The notes below the pieces were generated by a model. That model saw only the letters and a program-made list of their open reading frames with translations, had not been told where the DNA came from and made no database searches. Below, in pieces: positions 37,027 to 46,560 of a stretch of 64,000 bases of DNA; position 1 is the stretch's first letter, and every line of letters starts with the position of its first letter. The position numbers and the translations under genes were made by a program. The stretch is from positions 2,232-66,231 of the IMG/VR virus record IMGVR_UViG_3300036785_000305, one strand, 5' to 3'. The stretch is from a virus. Lineage: Duplodnaviria; Caudoviricetes.

Positions 37027-37385
37027 TTCTTCTCTTCCAGGTTCATCATTCGCCGGTAGATGAAGTCTTGCTTTCGACGCAGGATATCCCGCGTCATGTT
37101 CGTGTCCTTGGTGAAGTGCTGGACGGCGAGGATTCCCGTCATCACGACATCCATGAGTTCGTTTAGGATGTCGTCGCGGTTGTTGGTGACTCCCTTGCGA
37201 GGGTTCTGGCCGGTCGCGCCGATCATCGCAGCGACCGCTTCGCCAAGTTCCTCGATCACCTTGGAGATCCGCGCCCAGTCCTGAGCTAGTGGCTGTTCCT
37301 GGTAGAAGTCGGGTAGCTCTTCATCGAGCCAGTTGTCTACGTAACGGATAACCTGCCAGTCGATGCTGTCATCTTGGTAACTCAT
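37023..37385 (-). CDS. MazG-like nucleotide pyrophosphohydrolase
   Basis: 'KVIEELGEAV...GQNPRKG...ELMDV'. Confidence 0.8.
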   Translation of the reverse strand: MSYQDDSIDWQVIRYVDNWLDEELPDFYQEQPLAQDWARISKVIEELGEAVAAMIGATGQNPRKGVTNNRDDILNELMDVVMTGILAVQHFTKDTNMTRDILRRKQDFIYRRMMNLEEKK

Positions 37386-37449
37386 GTTTCCCCTTTTGGA
37401 CCGAACGGCCTGGAGGGCTGGCACGCTCCAGGCCGTCCGGCGATAGTGG

Positions 37450-38280
37450 TTAGAACGGTGGCTCGTCATCCTGCGCACGAGCGCGGCCACGCCCGCGCGC
37501 AGGGGCTGCGGGGGCAGCGGCCTTAGCGGTCCTAGTGCCTCGTCCCGTACGGGCCGGAGCGGGCTTTTCCGGCTCTTTCGCGGTCGCGCGGGTACCCCTA
37601 CGCGCGGCCGGTTTTTCGGCCGCTACGGGCGCGCTACGGGCCGTGGAGCGGGTACCGCGTCCGCGTCCGCGCGCCGGTTCTGGCTCAGGCTCTGGTTCCT
37701 CCTCAGGCTCCTCATCCTCCTCAGGCTCCTCATCCTCATACTCGGATTCGGCATCGTCGTCTTCTGCCTCGTCGGCGTCGTAGGGCAGCCACTCGGCAAC
37801 GCGCGGCTGCCACTCGCCGTTGTAGCGCTCGCGGGTGGTGATGATCCGGCACCAGGCCTCGTCGTTTTCCTCGCCGGGGCGGAAGCTGCCGATCTTGTTG
37901 ATGGGCGCGCCGTTCTGGTCGTCCTTGTCGGCCAGGTCCATCTCGCGCTTCTTGATCTGCCGGAGCGTGATCCCGTACGTCTCGAAGAACGGTGCCCAGC
38001 GGAACTTCGCGCCGCCGATGAGCGGAAGGTTAAGCCAGAACGGACAGCCGTTGTACTCGTCCAGGTCACCGTCGTTCTCGGCCGCGATCCAGAGGACCTT
38101 GATCATCGGGTCGTTGTTCTGGGAGCGGGTCCACCACATCTTCCGGAGGTAGCCGATCAGCTCGGTGTCCTTGGGCGGCACTTCGCCGTCATAGCTGTCG
38201 AACTGCTCGGTGGAGTATTCGAGTGAGTCGAGTTCTTCGACGTCAAGGTCTTCGACATCTTCCTGTCGAATGCGTACCAT
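37450..38280 (-). CDS. single-stranded DNA-binding protein (putative)
   Basis: Next to AAA recombinase; acidic linker; C-terminal 'DDEPPF' tail. Confidence 0.6.
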   Translation of the reverse strand: MVRIRQEDVEDLDVEELDSLEYSTEQFDSYDGEVPPKDTELIGYLRKMWWTRSQNNDPMIKVLWIAAENDGDLDEYNGCPFWLNLPLIGGAKFRWAPFFETYGITLRQIKKREMDLADKDDQNGAPINKIGSFRPGEENDEAWCRIITTRERYNGEWQPRVAEWLPYDADEAEDDDAESEYEDEEPEEDEEPEEEPEPEPEPARGRGRGTRSTARSAPVAAEKPAARRGTRATAKEPEKPAPARTGRGTRTAKAAAPAAPARGRGRARAQDDEPPF

Positions 38281-38281
38281 G

Positions 38282-38473
38282 CTAGTCCCTTTCGTGAGTG
38301 TGATCTAGGTAGTCTTGGCCGAGTCTGTGATTTGCGTCATGGTCTCCCCAGGTTACGAACCGGACGCCGGGATGCCTTTTTAGGATATGTTTGTGGAGCC
38401 ACTCCTTAGACTGACTGTCGGGATCGGCGAGCCTGACGAGGGGTTGAGCGCGGTGTTCTCGCCGTTTCGCCAT
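38282..38473 (-). CDS. small His-rich protein
   Basis: 'HKHILKRH...HDANHRL...LDHTH'. Confidence 0.5.
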   Translation of the reverse strand: MAKRREHRAQPLVRLADPDSQSKEWLHKHILKRHPGVRFVTWGDHDANHRLGQDYLDHTHERD

Positions 38474-39338
38474 TAACCGCTCCCCTTGCCTTGTCGATCG
38501 CCTCGATCATTCGCGACATGGCGAAGTAGTCGCCATCCTCCACGTCCCAGTACCGCCCGAGGGCCATATAACGGTCCTTGGCGTACCAGGGAGGGTACGG
38601 CTGAGCAAGAGCACGGCGGAGAATCGCTCCGCGCATCTCACGGGACTCGCGTGCCACACTATAGTACAGTGCGACCGAGAACTGAGAACTGACATAGTCA
38701 GAGATCTCGCCTTTCTTCCCCAGTAGGTGCGGGATGATCCGCTCCTCACCTTCAGCGTCGTCCGCGGTCATTGAGGTGGTAATGAAGATCACGTTGAACC
38801 GGCCGTCGATCAGGCGGTCGGTCCAGCGCTTGAAGCCGTTCTGGTACTTCTGGTGGTTCTGGATCGCCGGGATGTCGAGGTCGCGCTGCGGGTTAATCTG
38901 GTTCTCACGCTCCAGAATCCACCGCATATACATCTCCTGCATCTTGGTGCCGGAGTCGACGACGATCCAGTCGTCGATCGTGAACTCGCGCTCTGCCTTC
39001 TTCACGCCGGCAACCGCGTGTTCCCAGGAGGGGCAGCGCCATAGCTTGGCCTGACTACCGACGGCGCGGGCGCTGGCCACTCCCTCTGTCTCGGTCGAGA
39101 GGAAAGCGACGTTGCGGGAACCATCTGCCGCACCTCCCGCGAGTAGGGTCTTGCCGTGTCCGGACGGCCCGTGGATCAGGATATTGATGGGAGCGGTCGG
39201 GCCGGACTCCGCCAGGCTCTCTTCGTGGATCTCAACGTCCGCCTCCATCATAGAGAGCGGCGCTTCCCTTGACTGCTTTGCTGATTGTCGTTGGGCTCCC
39301 GGCCTTGCGCCTCGCAGCCCTCGTGTTGGTGGCATCAC
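38406..39338 (-). CDS. AAA ATPase, Sak4/RecA-like recombinase
   Basis: Walker A 'GPSGHGKT', Walker B 'IVVDSGT'. Confidence 0.8.
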   Translation of the reverse strand: MMPPTRGLRGARPGAQRQSAKQSREAPLSMMEADVEIHEESLAESGPTAPINILIHGPSGHGKTLLAGGAADGSRNVAFLSTETEGVASARAVGSQAKLWRCPSWEHAVAGVKKAEREFTIDDWIVVDSGTKMQEMYMRWILERENQINPQRDLDIPAIQNHQKYQNGFKRWTDRLIDGRFNVIFITTSMTADDAEGEERIIPHLLGKKGEISDYVSSQFSVALYYSVARESREMRGAILRRALAQPYPPWYAKDRYMALGRYWDVEDGDYFAMSRMIEAIDKARGAVNGETARTPRSTPRQARRSRQSV

Positions 39339-40312
39339 GCACTCTTCCTGTTGTCTTCGTAGGGGTCAATTTGTCGGTAATTGTTCTTTAGAACTACCTG
39401 GAAGGAATGATCATTCCCGCGCTCATGAAGTTGACACGGTATCCAGAACGGGCAGCGCGGACAGTCTTTGGTCGGGGTCTTGGTAATTGGGATCGTGCCG
39501 TCGCGGACGGCGTTCATTACCGTTACCTCATCGGCGATTCTCTGGAGCTGAGTATGTTGCTCTTTCGGGCTTCGCTCGATTGGGTGTCGCAGAAATGCCT
39601 GGGGAGGTTGCTTCTTCGAAACTGAGTTGTCCTTGTTAAGGTATAGCCCTTCCTCATTCTGAGGGCGCTCATCCGGTTTTGCTTTACGGAGGAAGTTGTA
39701 GATGATACCGGCGATATGTTCGTCAGGCTTTAGGATTCCGGCATTACGGAGAAGCTGGGAGGCGACCGCCCAATAGGAGCCGCCCTGGTCATCAAGCTCT
39801 AGATAGGCCAATACGATCTGGGCCGCAGTCTTGTGCTCTAGCAGGTAGATAAGGCCATCCTCAAGGTTCCGCGCCACGCCATCCCAGCGAGAGGTAAAGT
39901 AGGCGACCGGCTTGCTATCGTGAAGGATGCGTACCCGGAACGGCTGCTCGACCGAGATGATATCCCACTGCTCATCCCGGCCGTAGTAGTCGACATACTC
40001 TTCGAGCATTGCGATACCTAGCTCGGTAGCATCAACCCATACCGGCTCATCGAACGTCTCATCAAGGTAGGTCCTTGCGAATGTAATCTCGTCGCCGGCC
40101 CAGGCCTCGAATGTGTCGGCTGGATGCGGGCCTCGGCGTTTGCCCTTCAGGTACCATTGCGCTAGGGCTTCGTGAACTCCGTACCCGAACCAGAGCGCAT
40201 CGGCCTGTACGGTTCGCGCCCGGTACCCCATACGGAATTCTAGCCACCAACGAAAAGCGCAGCGCTTAAAAACGGCACGTTCGGAAGTCCGCAGAATCGG
40301 TAGGTTATCCAC
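39335..40312 (-). CDS. Cas4-like PD-(D/E)xK exonuclease
   Basis: 'FKRC..RWW', 'WDGV...LEHKT', C-terminal 'CPRCPFWIPC'. Confidence 0.85.
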   Translation of the reverse strand: MDNLPILRTSERAVFKRCAFRWWLEFRMGYRARTVQADALWFGYGVHEALAQWYLKGKRRGPHPADTFEAWAGDEITFARTYLDETFDEPVWVDATELGIAMLEEYVDYYGRDEQWDIISVEQPFRVRILHDSKPVAYFTSRWDGVARNLEDGLIYLLEHKTAAQIVLAYLELDDQGGSYWAVASQLLRNAGILKPDEHIAGIIYNFLRKAKPDERPQNEEGLYLNKDNSVSKKQPPQAFLRHPIERSPKEQHTQLQRIADEVTVMNAVRDGTIPITKTPTKDCPRCPFWIPCQLHERGNDHSFQVVLKNNYRQIDPYEDNRKSA

Positions 40313-40342
40313 CAGTACCTCCGGTTGGTACTTAAAAGGTGG

Positions 40343-40441
40343 GTCCCAGACGGCGTTCGGGCACTGGGGGTGGGGAGCGCCGCCTGGGACGTTGACCAGG
40401 CCCGGCAGCCGAAAAGGGGAATTAAAGGCTGCCAGGCCTGG
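40343..40441. other. two adjacent intergenic hairpins
   Basis: gtcccag.cggcg...cgccg.ctgggac and ccaggcc.ggcagcc...ggctgcc.ggcctgg. Confidence 0.45.
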
Positions 40442-40444
40442 AGT

Positions 40445-40882
40445 CTAGTAGGGAGCCTCGGCAGTGGACGGCTTGGACCGTCCGCGACCACGGCGGGCCG
40501 GTGCCGGCGCGGGCTCTGGCTCTGGCTCCGGTGCGGCGGCTGCCCGGCGCGGTCGGCCACGGCCGGCAGGCTTGGCCGGCTCGGGCTCAGGTTCCGGGGC
40601 AGGAGTGCGGGCCGCACGGCGGGCTTCCCGGCGCTCCACGTTGAACTCGGACCTCTGGAAGTGGCCGTACAGGCCAGCGCCGAGAGTGAGTATCCTGTCG
40701 ACGGGAACGTCGTCCAGGCTGGCCACGTTGTCCTCGAACCAGGTCACGAAGTCCGCCATCGTCGGGGAGAGATCCTTGTCCAGGTACCTCTGGAAGTCAA
40801 CCTCGCCGTTCTGTTCCGGCTCTGGTTCCGGCGCGGGTGCCGGTCGGGTCGTGGACCTACGTCCACGAGTGGCAGGAGGCAT
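40445..40882 (-). CDS. YGHFQ-family protein, copy 1
   Basis: Own promoter and GAAAGG RBS; also in frame with an upstream start at 41212. Confidence 0.65.
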   Translation of the reverse strand: MPPATRGRRSTTRPAPAPEPEPEQNGEVDFQRYLDKDLSPTMADFVTWFEDNVASLDDVPVDRILTLGAGLYGHFQRSEFNVERREARRAARTPAPEPEPEPAKPAGRGRPRRAAAAPEPEPEPAPAPARRGRGRSKPSTAEAPY

Positions 40883-40942
40883 ATGATTTCCCTTTCTGTC
40901 GCCCTGTCGGTGATTGCGATCAGGTAGTCCCTTACTCCCCCG

Positions 40943-40971
40943 ATTATACCCTATGCGGCGTCTCCCGTCTA
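40943..40971 (-). promoter_or_regulatory. promoter TAGACG-N17-TATAAT
   Basis: Repeated promoter family. Confidence 0.65.
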
Positions 40972-41208
40972 GGGGTTTCACGGGAAATTCTCGATGATCC
41001 TCGACGGTAAACCGCGACAGCTCATGGTAACGGACGGTAATGAATCCATCCGCATCCGGAGTCTTCCATTCAGAAGCCTTATGCCCATTCGTCCGCCAGT
41101 GGTCCGCCGTATAGAACAGTACATCGTTGGCAGCGTCGTACGTGAAACCGTACTCGTCCATTAGCTCCTGGCGGATAAGCGTGACGTTCGCCCGGCGCGG
41201 GATTGTAG

Positions 41209-41403
41209 TCATTCGTCCCACTTCTCGCTCTCGGGGCGGCGCACCTTCGAGTCAGCATAAGCGGTAGCTGCCTCGAACTCATCATCAGTTAGTGCTTCTG
41301 GCCACTTCTTGCCGAAGGCATGGACCTTGTCGGCGAACGCCTCATACCAGGCATCATCTAGCTCCCGTTCAGTCTTACCAGCCATTTCGGGGTCTGAGGG
41401 CAT
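41209..41403 (-). CDS. hypothetical protein
   Basis: GGAGG RBS; acidic helical 64 aa. Confidence 0.5.
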   Translation of the reverse strand: MPSDPEMAGKTERELDDAWYEAFADKVHAFGKKWPEALTDDEFEAATAYADSKVRRPESEKWDE

Positions 41404-41526
41404 TTCGCGCTTCCTCCCATCTGATCTTACGCTCGGGGTGCTTCTGCTCGTAGCGCTTGTCCCGTGCCCGGCCTTTAGCGCTCTGGTTGTAGCGCCGGTA
41501 TTTCTCTAGGCGCTTCTCGTCACCAG

Positions 41527-41784
41527 TCATCCAAGCCCCAGCTTCTTCTTTGTTTCTTTTCCTGCCGGGCCGATATACTTGAGATGTCCCGTCTTTAGGA
41601 AGTAGGAGGCATCAACCCACAGCTTTGGCTTCTCTCCTGGCCGCCCTACTCGTAGAGACCAGTAGTCGCCGCGTCCACGCTCTAGCACGACTACTCGTTG
41701 CGCTGGCGCGGACGGCTTTCCGAATACCGTAGGCTGGTATTCCCAGACTTCGCCTACCTTCGGCAGGCCGGTTGGAGTAGGCAT
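41527..41784 (-). CDS. hypothetical protein
   Basis: 85-aa ORF within operon. Confidence 0.5.
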   Translation of the reverse strand: MPTPTGLPKVGEVWEYQPTVFGKPSAPAQRVVVLERGRGDYWSLRVGRPGEKPKLWVDASYFLKTGHLKYIGPAGKETKKKLGLG

Positions 41785-41999
41785 AACGCAATCGGCTTGT
41801 CGTCGGGAACCAGGTGACCGAAGCCGTCGCTCAGCATCATGTACGCGCTGACCAGGACCGGGCTATTGCCCAGGGCGTCATTGACGTCATCGAAGATGTC
41901 TTCGTCAGGAGTCCCGGCCGGGTAGTACAGTCGAACGTTGACTGCGACTACGGAATTGTTCTCCGGAGTCCCGTTGACGTGGATGGGATTGACGGGCAT
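41754..41999 (-). CDS. hypothetical protein
   Basis: TAATG coupling to helicase. Confidence 0.5.
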   Translation of the reverse strand: MPVNPIHVNGTPENNSVVAVNVRLYYPAGTPDEDIFDDVNDALGNSPVLVSAYMMLSDGFGHLVPDDKPIALCLLQPACRR

Positions 42000-43927
42000 T
42001 ACTTCTCCTTCAGCATCTCGGATAGCTTGCGCGGGCTCGCCTTGGCCACGACCACGCGCTGTTCTTCATTAAGGCCGGCCAGCATCATGTCGATCGTACC
42101 GACGCTAACCAGTCGGTAGATCTCGACCTGATGGATACGGCTGACTCGGTGGATCCGGGCGTTAAGCTGCTCGTCGCGGTCGGATACCCAGGGCATATCA
42201 AGAACGACCATCTCGTCGGCCGCATCCAGCGTGATCGACTCCCCGCCCGCGTCCCGGTTAAGGCAGACGACCTGGCAGGTATCGGCTGGGTCCTGGAACC
42301 GCGCCACGAGATGAGATCTGTCACGGTCGCTGGTCGCGCCGGTTAGGGTAAGGACTTCCATTCCTAGCTGGTGCCGGATCGTGTCGGCCGCTAGCTCGAC
42401 CATACTGGAGAAGCTGCTTGCCACGACGACCTTCTGGCCGGTACCCTCGCGCTCCTGCATGAAGTCGAGTAGCCACTCGATCTTGTTGCTGGGGAGCGTC
42501 GGGATTAGATGCTGCCTACCCTCGCCGTGTACGTGGTTCGCGGTAGCGAACTGCCGGAGTCGAGTGATCTCCGCGAGCTGGCCGGTCGCGGTAATCTTGC
42601 CGGACTCCAGCGTTGCCTCTGCGAGATCCTCCATCTGCCGGTAAGCCTTGGCCTGTTCCGGCGTCATGTCGAGCTGAACGTAACATGGGGAGTCCGGATC
42701 TGCCGGGTCGATGGGAGTTCCGGCAAACATGATAGGTGGCAAGTCGGGGGCAGCTTCCGCCTTGGTACGCTTCAGGTAGTACGGCCTCAGCATCCGGTCC
42801 CACGTTGATTGGTTGCGTGGTTCGAGCACCTTGTCGCCGTTTCCGACAACCTTGCCGTACCTGCCTTCCTCGACTCCAAAGTACGTCTCGGCCCAGCGCC
42901 AGTAGCTGCCGAATACGTCGGGGCGCAGCCAATTGAGCGTCCCCCATCCCTTCTCTAGCTTGCTACGGAACGGCGTGCCGGACAGGGCGATGGCTAGGCC
43001 GTCCGGGTTTAGCTGCCTCCGGATATGAACCGCGCCGAACCTGGCCTGGGTGATTCGCTTCGACTGGACGTTGGCCGTGCTAGCGAGCAGGTTGTGGGAC
43101 TCATCGAAGATGATAGCGTCCCACTTGTTCTCGTGTAGGAATGGCCAGTCGGGCTGCGCCGGGTAGGTATGCCTGACGTGGTCTCGCGGCGGCCGGTCGC
43201 CGAACGGGCATTCGCCGGTCGGGCTTGCCGGGCACAGCTCTAGGCGCTTCGCCCTGGTCATTTCGATGTTGACGATAAGCATCTTGCGCCGGGCGCGGGA
43301 CTTGGCGAACCTCCTCATCGCATCCTCGCGCTCGGCACGGGTACCTTGCGCAACGAACGTCTGGATCGTCGGGGCCCAGCGCATCGTCTCGCGCTCCCAG
43401 ACTGTTCGGGTCGCGGTACGCCGGCAGCCGATCAGGATTGTCCGGGCATCGTTCTCGATCATCGCGGCGAGTGCCTGGAGGGTCTTGCCGAGTCCGGGGT
43501 CGTCACCGAGGATAACCTGCTTACCGGCGAGCATGAACGCCGTACCGGCTAGCTGGTACTTACGGTTGAGCATCGCTGCCATCAGCTGCGGGGCTTCCTG
43601 CTCGACGCGCGGGAAGCTAAGGTTGCCGAGTGCTTCCTCACGCATATCCTCCAGCGTCCGCTCTTTGGCCACTTCCTTAGCGGCCCACTCGCGTAGCGTC
43701 GGAAGGATCTCTAGGGCATCTCCGAACTCAGAACGGAGAGCCCGGCACGTGTCCATCGAGAGGGGGTAAGACCAACCCAGGAAGATGTTCGGTGTTACGG
43801 TCTTGTCCCAGTCCGCTCTCGCCCCTGGGACGTTCTTCGCACGACGCGGACCCTGGCCACCGGCGTAGTCGATCTTCGCCAGCACCCTCTTCCCGTCCGT
43901 CGTCACGATCGCTTTCAGATTCATCAT
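41999..43927 (-). CDS. SNF2-like (SF2) DNA helicase
   Basis: 'GDDPGLGKT', 'DESH', 'LSGTP', 'GGESITL', 'RIHR'. Confidence 0.9.
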   Translation of the reverse strand: MMNLKAIVTTDGKRVLAKIDYAGGQGPRRAKNVPGARADWDKTVTPNIFLGWSYPLSMDTCRALRSEFGDALEILPTLREWAAKEVAKERTLEDMREEALGNLSFPRVEQEAPQLMAAMLNRKYQLAGTAFMLAGKQVILGDDPGLGKTLQALAAMIENDARTILIGCRRTATRTVWERETMRWAPTIQTFVAQGTRAEREDAMRRFAKSRARRKMLIVNIEMTRAKRLELCPASPTGECPFGDRPPRDHVRHTYPAQPDWPFLHENKWDAIIFDESHNLLASTANVQSKRITQARFGAVHIRRQLNPDGLAIALSGTPFRSKLEKGWGTLNWLRPDVFGSYWRWAETYFGVEEGRYGKVVGNGDKVLEPRNQSTWDRMLRPYYLKRTKAEAAPDLPPIMFAGTPIDPADPDSPCYVQLDMTPEQAKAYRQMEDLAEATLESGKITATGQLAEITRLRQFATANHVHGEGRQHLIPTLPSNKIEWLLDFMQEREGTGQKVVVASSFSSMVELAADTIRHQLGMEVLTLTGATSDRDRSHLVARFQDPADTCQVVCLNRDAGGESITLDAADEMVVLDMPWVSDRDEQLNARIHRVSRIHQVEIYRLVSVGTIDMMLAGLNEEQRVVVAKASPRKLSEMLKEK

Positions 43928-43964
43928 TTCCCTACTCTGCGGCGAGAGTTTCCCGCCTACCTCT

Positions 43965-43994
43965 ATTATACCTTAGCAGGACGGTCTGCGTCTA
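43965..43994 (-). promoter_or_regulatory. promoter TAGACG-N18-TATAAT
   Basis: Followed by AGAGGTA as in other copies. Confidence 0.65.
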
Positions 43995-44486
43995 TAGGTC
44001 AAATAGTTCTTTTCCGTTAGGCCAGATTATCCTGTCCACACCCGCGCCCCGGATAAGACGTATACACATAGTACACGGCTTGTGCGTGACGTACATAATC
44101 TTGCCTATTGCGTTTCGCCCGGCACATAGTAGGACGTTCTCTTCGGCGTGGATTGCGATGCAGAGCCCAGGGCCAACATCGTAGTCTGACCCGGACGCTA
44201 CGGCGAGCTGGCAGGGCCATCTATTTCCACAGGCGCAGAGTTGTTGCCCTGACGGGTCGCGGTGCTCTCCGATATAATGCTGGCCTCGGGGGCAGGCACC
44301 CGCGGTCAGGCAGCCGGGCTCGCCTCGGGGTGCTCCGTTGTAGCCGGTGTAGAGGATGTCGTGAGTGAAGGGGTTGACTAGGATCGCGCCGACTAGCCTG
44401 CGGGTACAGTCGGCTCGCACAGATACCGCCCGCGCCACGCCAAGGAAGTATGTGTCCCAGTCCGGGCGCTTGTAAGTCGGCATCAT
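43992..44486 (-). CDS. dCMP deaminase
   Basis: 'TGYNGAPRG', 'HAEEN', 'PCTMC'. Confidence 0.9.
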   Translation of the reverse strand: MMPTYKRPDWDTYFLGVARAVSVRADCTRRLVGAILVNPFTHDILYTGYNGAPRGEPGCLTAGACPRGQHYIGEHRDPSGQQLCACGNRWPCQLAVASGSDYDVGPGLCIAIHAEENVLLCAGRNAIGKIMYVTHKPCTMCIRLIRGAGVDRIIWPNGKELFDL

Positions 44487-44740
44487 GATCCCGGCGAGTT
44501 GATGTATTCCCGGACCAGCTCATTCAGCAGTTCGAGGTACTCCAGCTTGGGAAGTGACTCTAGTTGTAGGGCTATTACCTTGGATCTAAATTCCGCTTTC
44601 GACATTGACCTTTCCTTGCTCGGCTAGTTCCTGGGCGGCCTTGAGGATTTCGACAAGGCTCTGGTTATCGCTGTACGGCCCGACGGCATTGACCGCAATA
44701 CCGCCGTGCTCGTTCACTATGATAGTGACCGCTACCGTCC

Positions 44741-44893
44741 TCATTTCGGTTTCTCCACCAAGGTGAAGTGGCCGTGTTCTGCATACTCTTCCGGCGTCAG
44801 GTACACGTACCCGCTGAAGTCGACGCGGTACTGGCCGTCGTGCGGGCCCTGGTCACAGAATAGAGCGTTGTGCTCATATAGTCTAACGTCCAT
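44741..44893 (-). CDS. hypothetical protein
   Basis: 'MDVRLYEH...' start overlapping the glycosyltransferase end. Confidence 0.4.
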   Translation of the reverse strand: MDVRLYEHNALFCDQGPHDGQYRVDFSGYVYLTPEEYAEHGHFTLVEKPK

Positions 44894-45737
44894 TGTCTTC
44901 CTCTGGTCCGTCGTAGTATTTGAGAGCGCCGCCGTGTATGGCAGATTCCTCTCTCCAGTCTGGGATGTAATCGTCAAGAAACTTCTGCCAGGCGAACCTG
45001 GATTTCTTGTCTGGCGTGTTCGCGTACTTAGGCCAGCGCTTGTATATGATAGCCATACACTCGCGCTCGGCCGCTAGCCTTGCGTTCAGGTTGTCATGGT
45101 ATATGCTTTCGATGCCTCCAGGATCATACCGCTTGTTCATCGACGTGAACTGAACGTCGCAATGTACCAGCCATGGAAGCCCAAAAAGAGCAATTCCGCG
45201 CCTGGACAATTCGGCATCTTCGCTGAAGGCGTATAGAGTTGGGTCGTAATTACCGCATCTAAGCGCGTTCTGAATATTGAGTCCCCACAGCTTGAATCCC
45301 CAGCCGCCTGGGCAGAGGATTGGTCCGCTGTTAGCGGAGATGGCGCCATGCGTGAAGCGATCGAATAGTGGGCGAACTGCGCCAATGCCGAGAGTTTCCG
45401 GCTTCTCTGCCTCATCTATCAATTTCCAGGCGTCGGATGTTGGATTCACGTAGCTATCATCGTCACTCATGATGATAGCTTTGAGACCTGCCTTGTTGGC
45501 GTGCTCGACGCAGTACATGCGGGTATACCCGATGCCCTTGCCGGCGAGTGGAGTGGGTATAACCTGGACATCCTCCCATCTCTCTTCCCGAACCAGCTTG
45601 GTGTGAGCTGCGTACTCGCGGCGCTCGATTATCAGCCTGACAGGCATGCCCTGGTCAAGCCAGAACGGCACACCCCTTCTGAGCATCTCGATTCTACTCA
45701 GGGTCGGTATGTATACCGTCACGTTCCACTTCCTCAA
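44883..45737 (-). CDS. GT-A fold glycosyltransferase (TET/JBP-associated TAGT-like)
   Basis: 'IPTLSR', 'GIGYTR', 'MSDDD', 'SEDAEL'. Confidence 0.7.
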   Translation of the reverse strand: MRKWNVTVYIPTLSRIEMLRRGVPFWLDQGMPVRLIIERREYAAHTKLVREERWEDVQVIPTPLAGKGIGYTRMYCVEHANKAGLKAIIMSDDDSYVNPTSDAWKLIDEAEKPETLGIGAVRPLFDRFTHGAISANSGPILCPGGWGFKLWGLNIQNALRCGNYDPTLYAFSEDAELSRRGIALFGLPWLVHCDVQFTSMNKRYDPGGIESIYHDNLNARLAAERECMAIIYKRWPKYANTPDKKSRFAWQKFLDDYIPDWREESAIHGGALKYYDGPEEDNGR

Positions 45738-45924
45738 TTGAGACGACGGTCATGAAGTTGTAGATGTGGAGGTCTATGAGAGTGCGCCTGACGATTTCTT
45801 CCGGTACGATGAGTGCCTGTGGTCCAGTTCTGAAGACCAGTTCCATGCGGAGCAGGCTGCTGTCGAAGTCGTCAGACGGCATACCTTGCTTGGCCTCGAC
45901 GACGGCACGATAGGTTTTACTCAT
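45694..45924 (-). CDS. hypothetical protein
   Basis: ATGA coupling. Confidence 0.45.
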   Translation of the reverse strand: MSKTYRAVVEAKQGMPSDDFDSSLLRMELVFRTGPQALIVPEEIVRRTLIDLHIYNFMTVVSIEEVERDGIHTDPE

Positions 45925-46538
45925 CTCTTTGACCTACACTCAGGGCCGATGCCCAGCCGGCGCGAGGTCTCGTCGGTCAGGTGCCTGTTGCACCGGTAGC
46001 ACCGGCCTAGCTCGCGGCCATAGAGAGCTGCCGACAACTCGACGCCAATCTCAAGGATGGCTTCGAGTGCCGCGAACTTTGTGTCGCGGGTCACGCTCAT
46101 GTCGGGCTTCCCGCCAACGACCCGCTTGACGAACGTACGGCCAGCGTACTTCCCCTGCTCCGGTCGGTCGACCCGCCAGAAGTCGAAGTCATTATTGCCG
46201 GTCAGGCTCTTAGTCGCGTAGTGTCCCTTGGCGATACCGTCGTAACGGTTCGTGTTCGTAAGGGGTTGCGCCTTCAGGAGTGGCGGCTTCTCCGGGCACT
46301 TACCGTCTAGGTGGGAGGTAAGCCACTTGCCGTCGATCTTGTCGACGCGCCCCTCATCCACTTCGACCTTGGCGCCGCAGAGACGGCAGTTACCAGGGTA
46401 CATGTTTTTCTTGTAGTTAAGAGTCTGGGTGGTCGTCCCGCTTACGCCGTAGCACTCCCGTACGTCCGCGACCGACTCGTGCTCGTGGCCCTTACCACAC
46501 CTTACAGTCATTTCGCCTTTTCCATTCTCTTCAGCCAA
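45921..46538 (-). CDS. zinc-binding protein with DUF6011-like C-terminus
   Basis: 'CYRCNRHLTDETSRRLGIGPEC'; 'YPGNCRLCG'. Confidence 0.65.
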   Translation of the reverse strand: MAEENGKGEMTVRCGKGHEHESVADVRECYGVSGTTTQTLNYKKNMYPGNCRLCGAKVEVDEGRVDKIDGKWLTSHLDGKCPEKPPLLKAQPLTNTNRYDGIAKGHYATKSLTGNNDFDFWRVDRPEQGKYAGRTFVKRVVGGKPDMSVTRDTKFAALEAILEIGVELSAALYGRELGRCYRCNRHLTDETSRRLGIGPECRSKR

Positions 46539-46560
46539 CCGTGGGTCGGCCCGTACCTCT

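Noticed and set aside
39335-40312. Cas4 as part of a CRISPR system
   Set aside because: It sits with an AAA recombinase and SSB, the usual solo phage Cas4-like exonuclease context.
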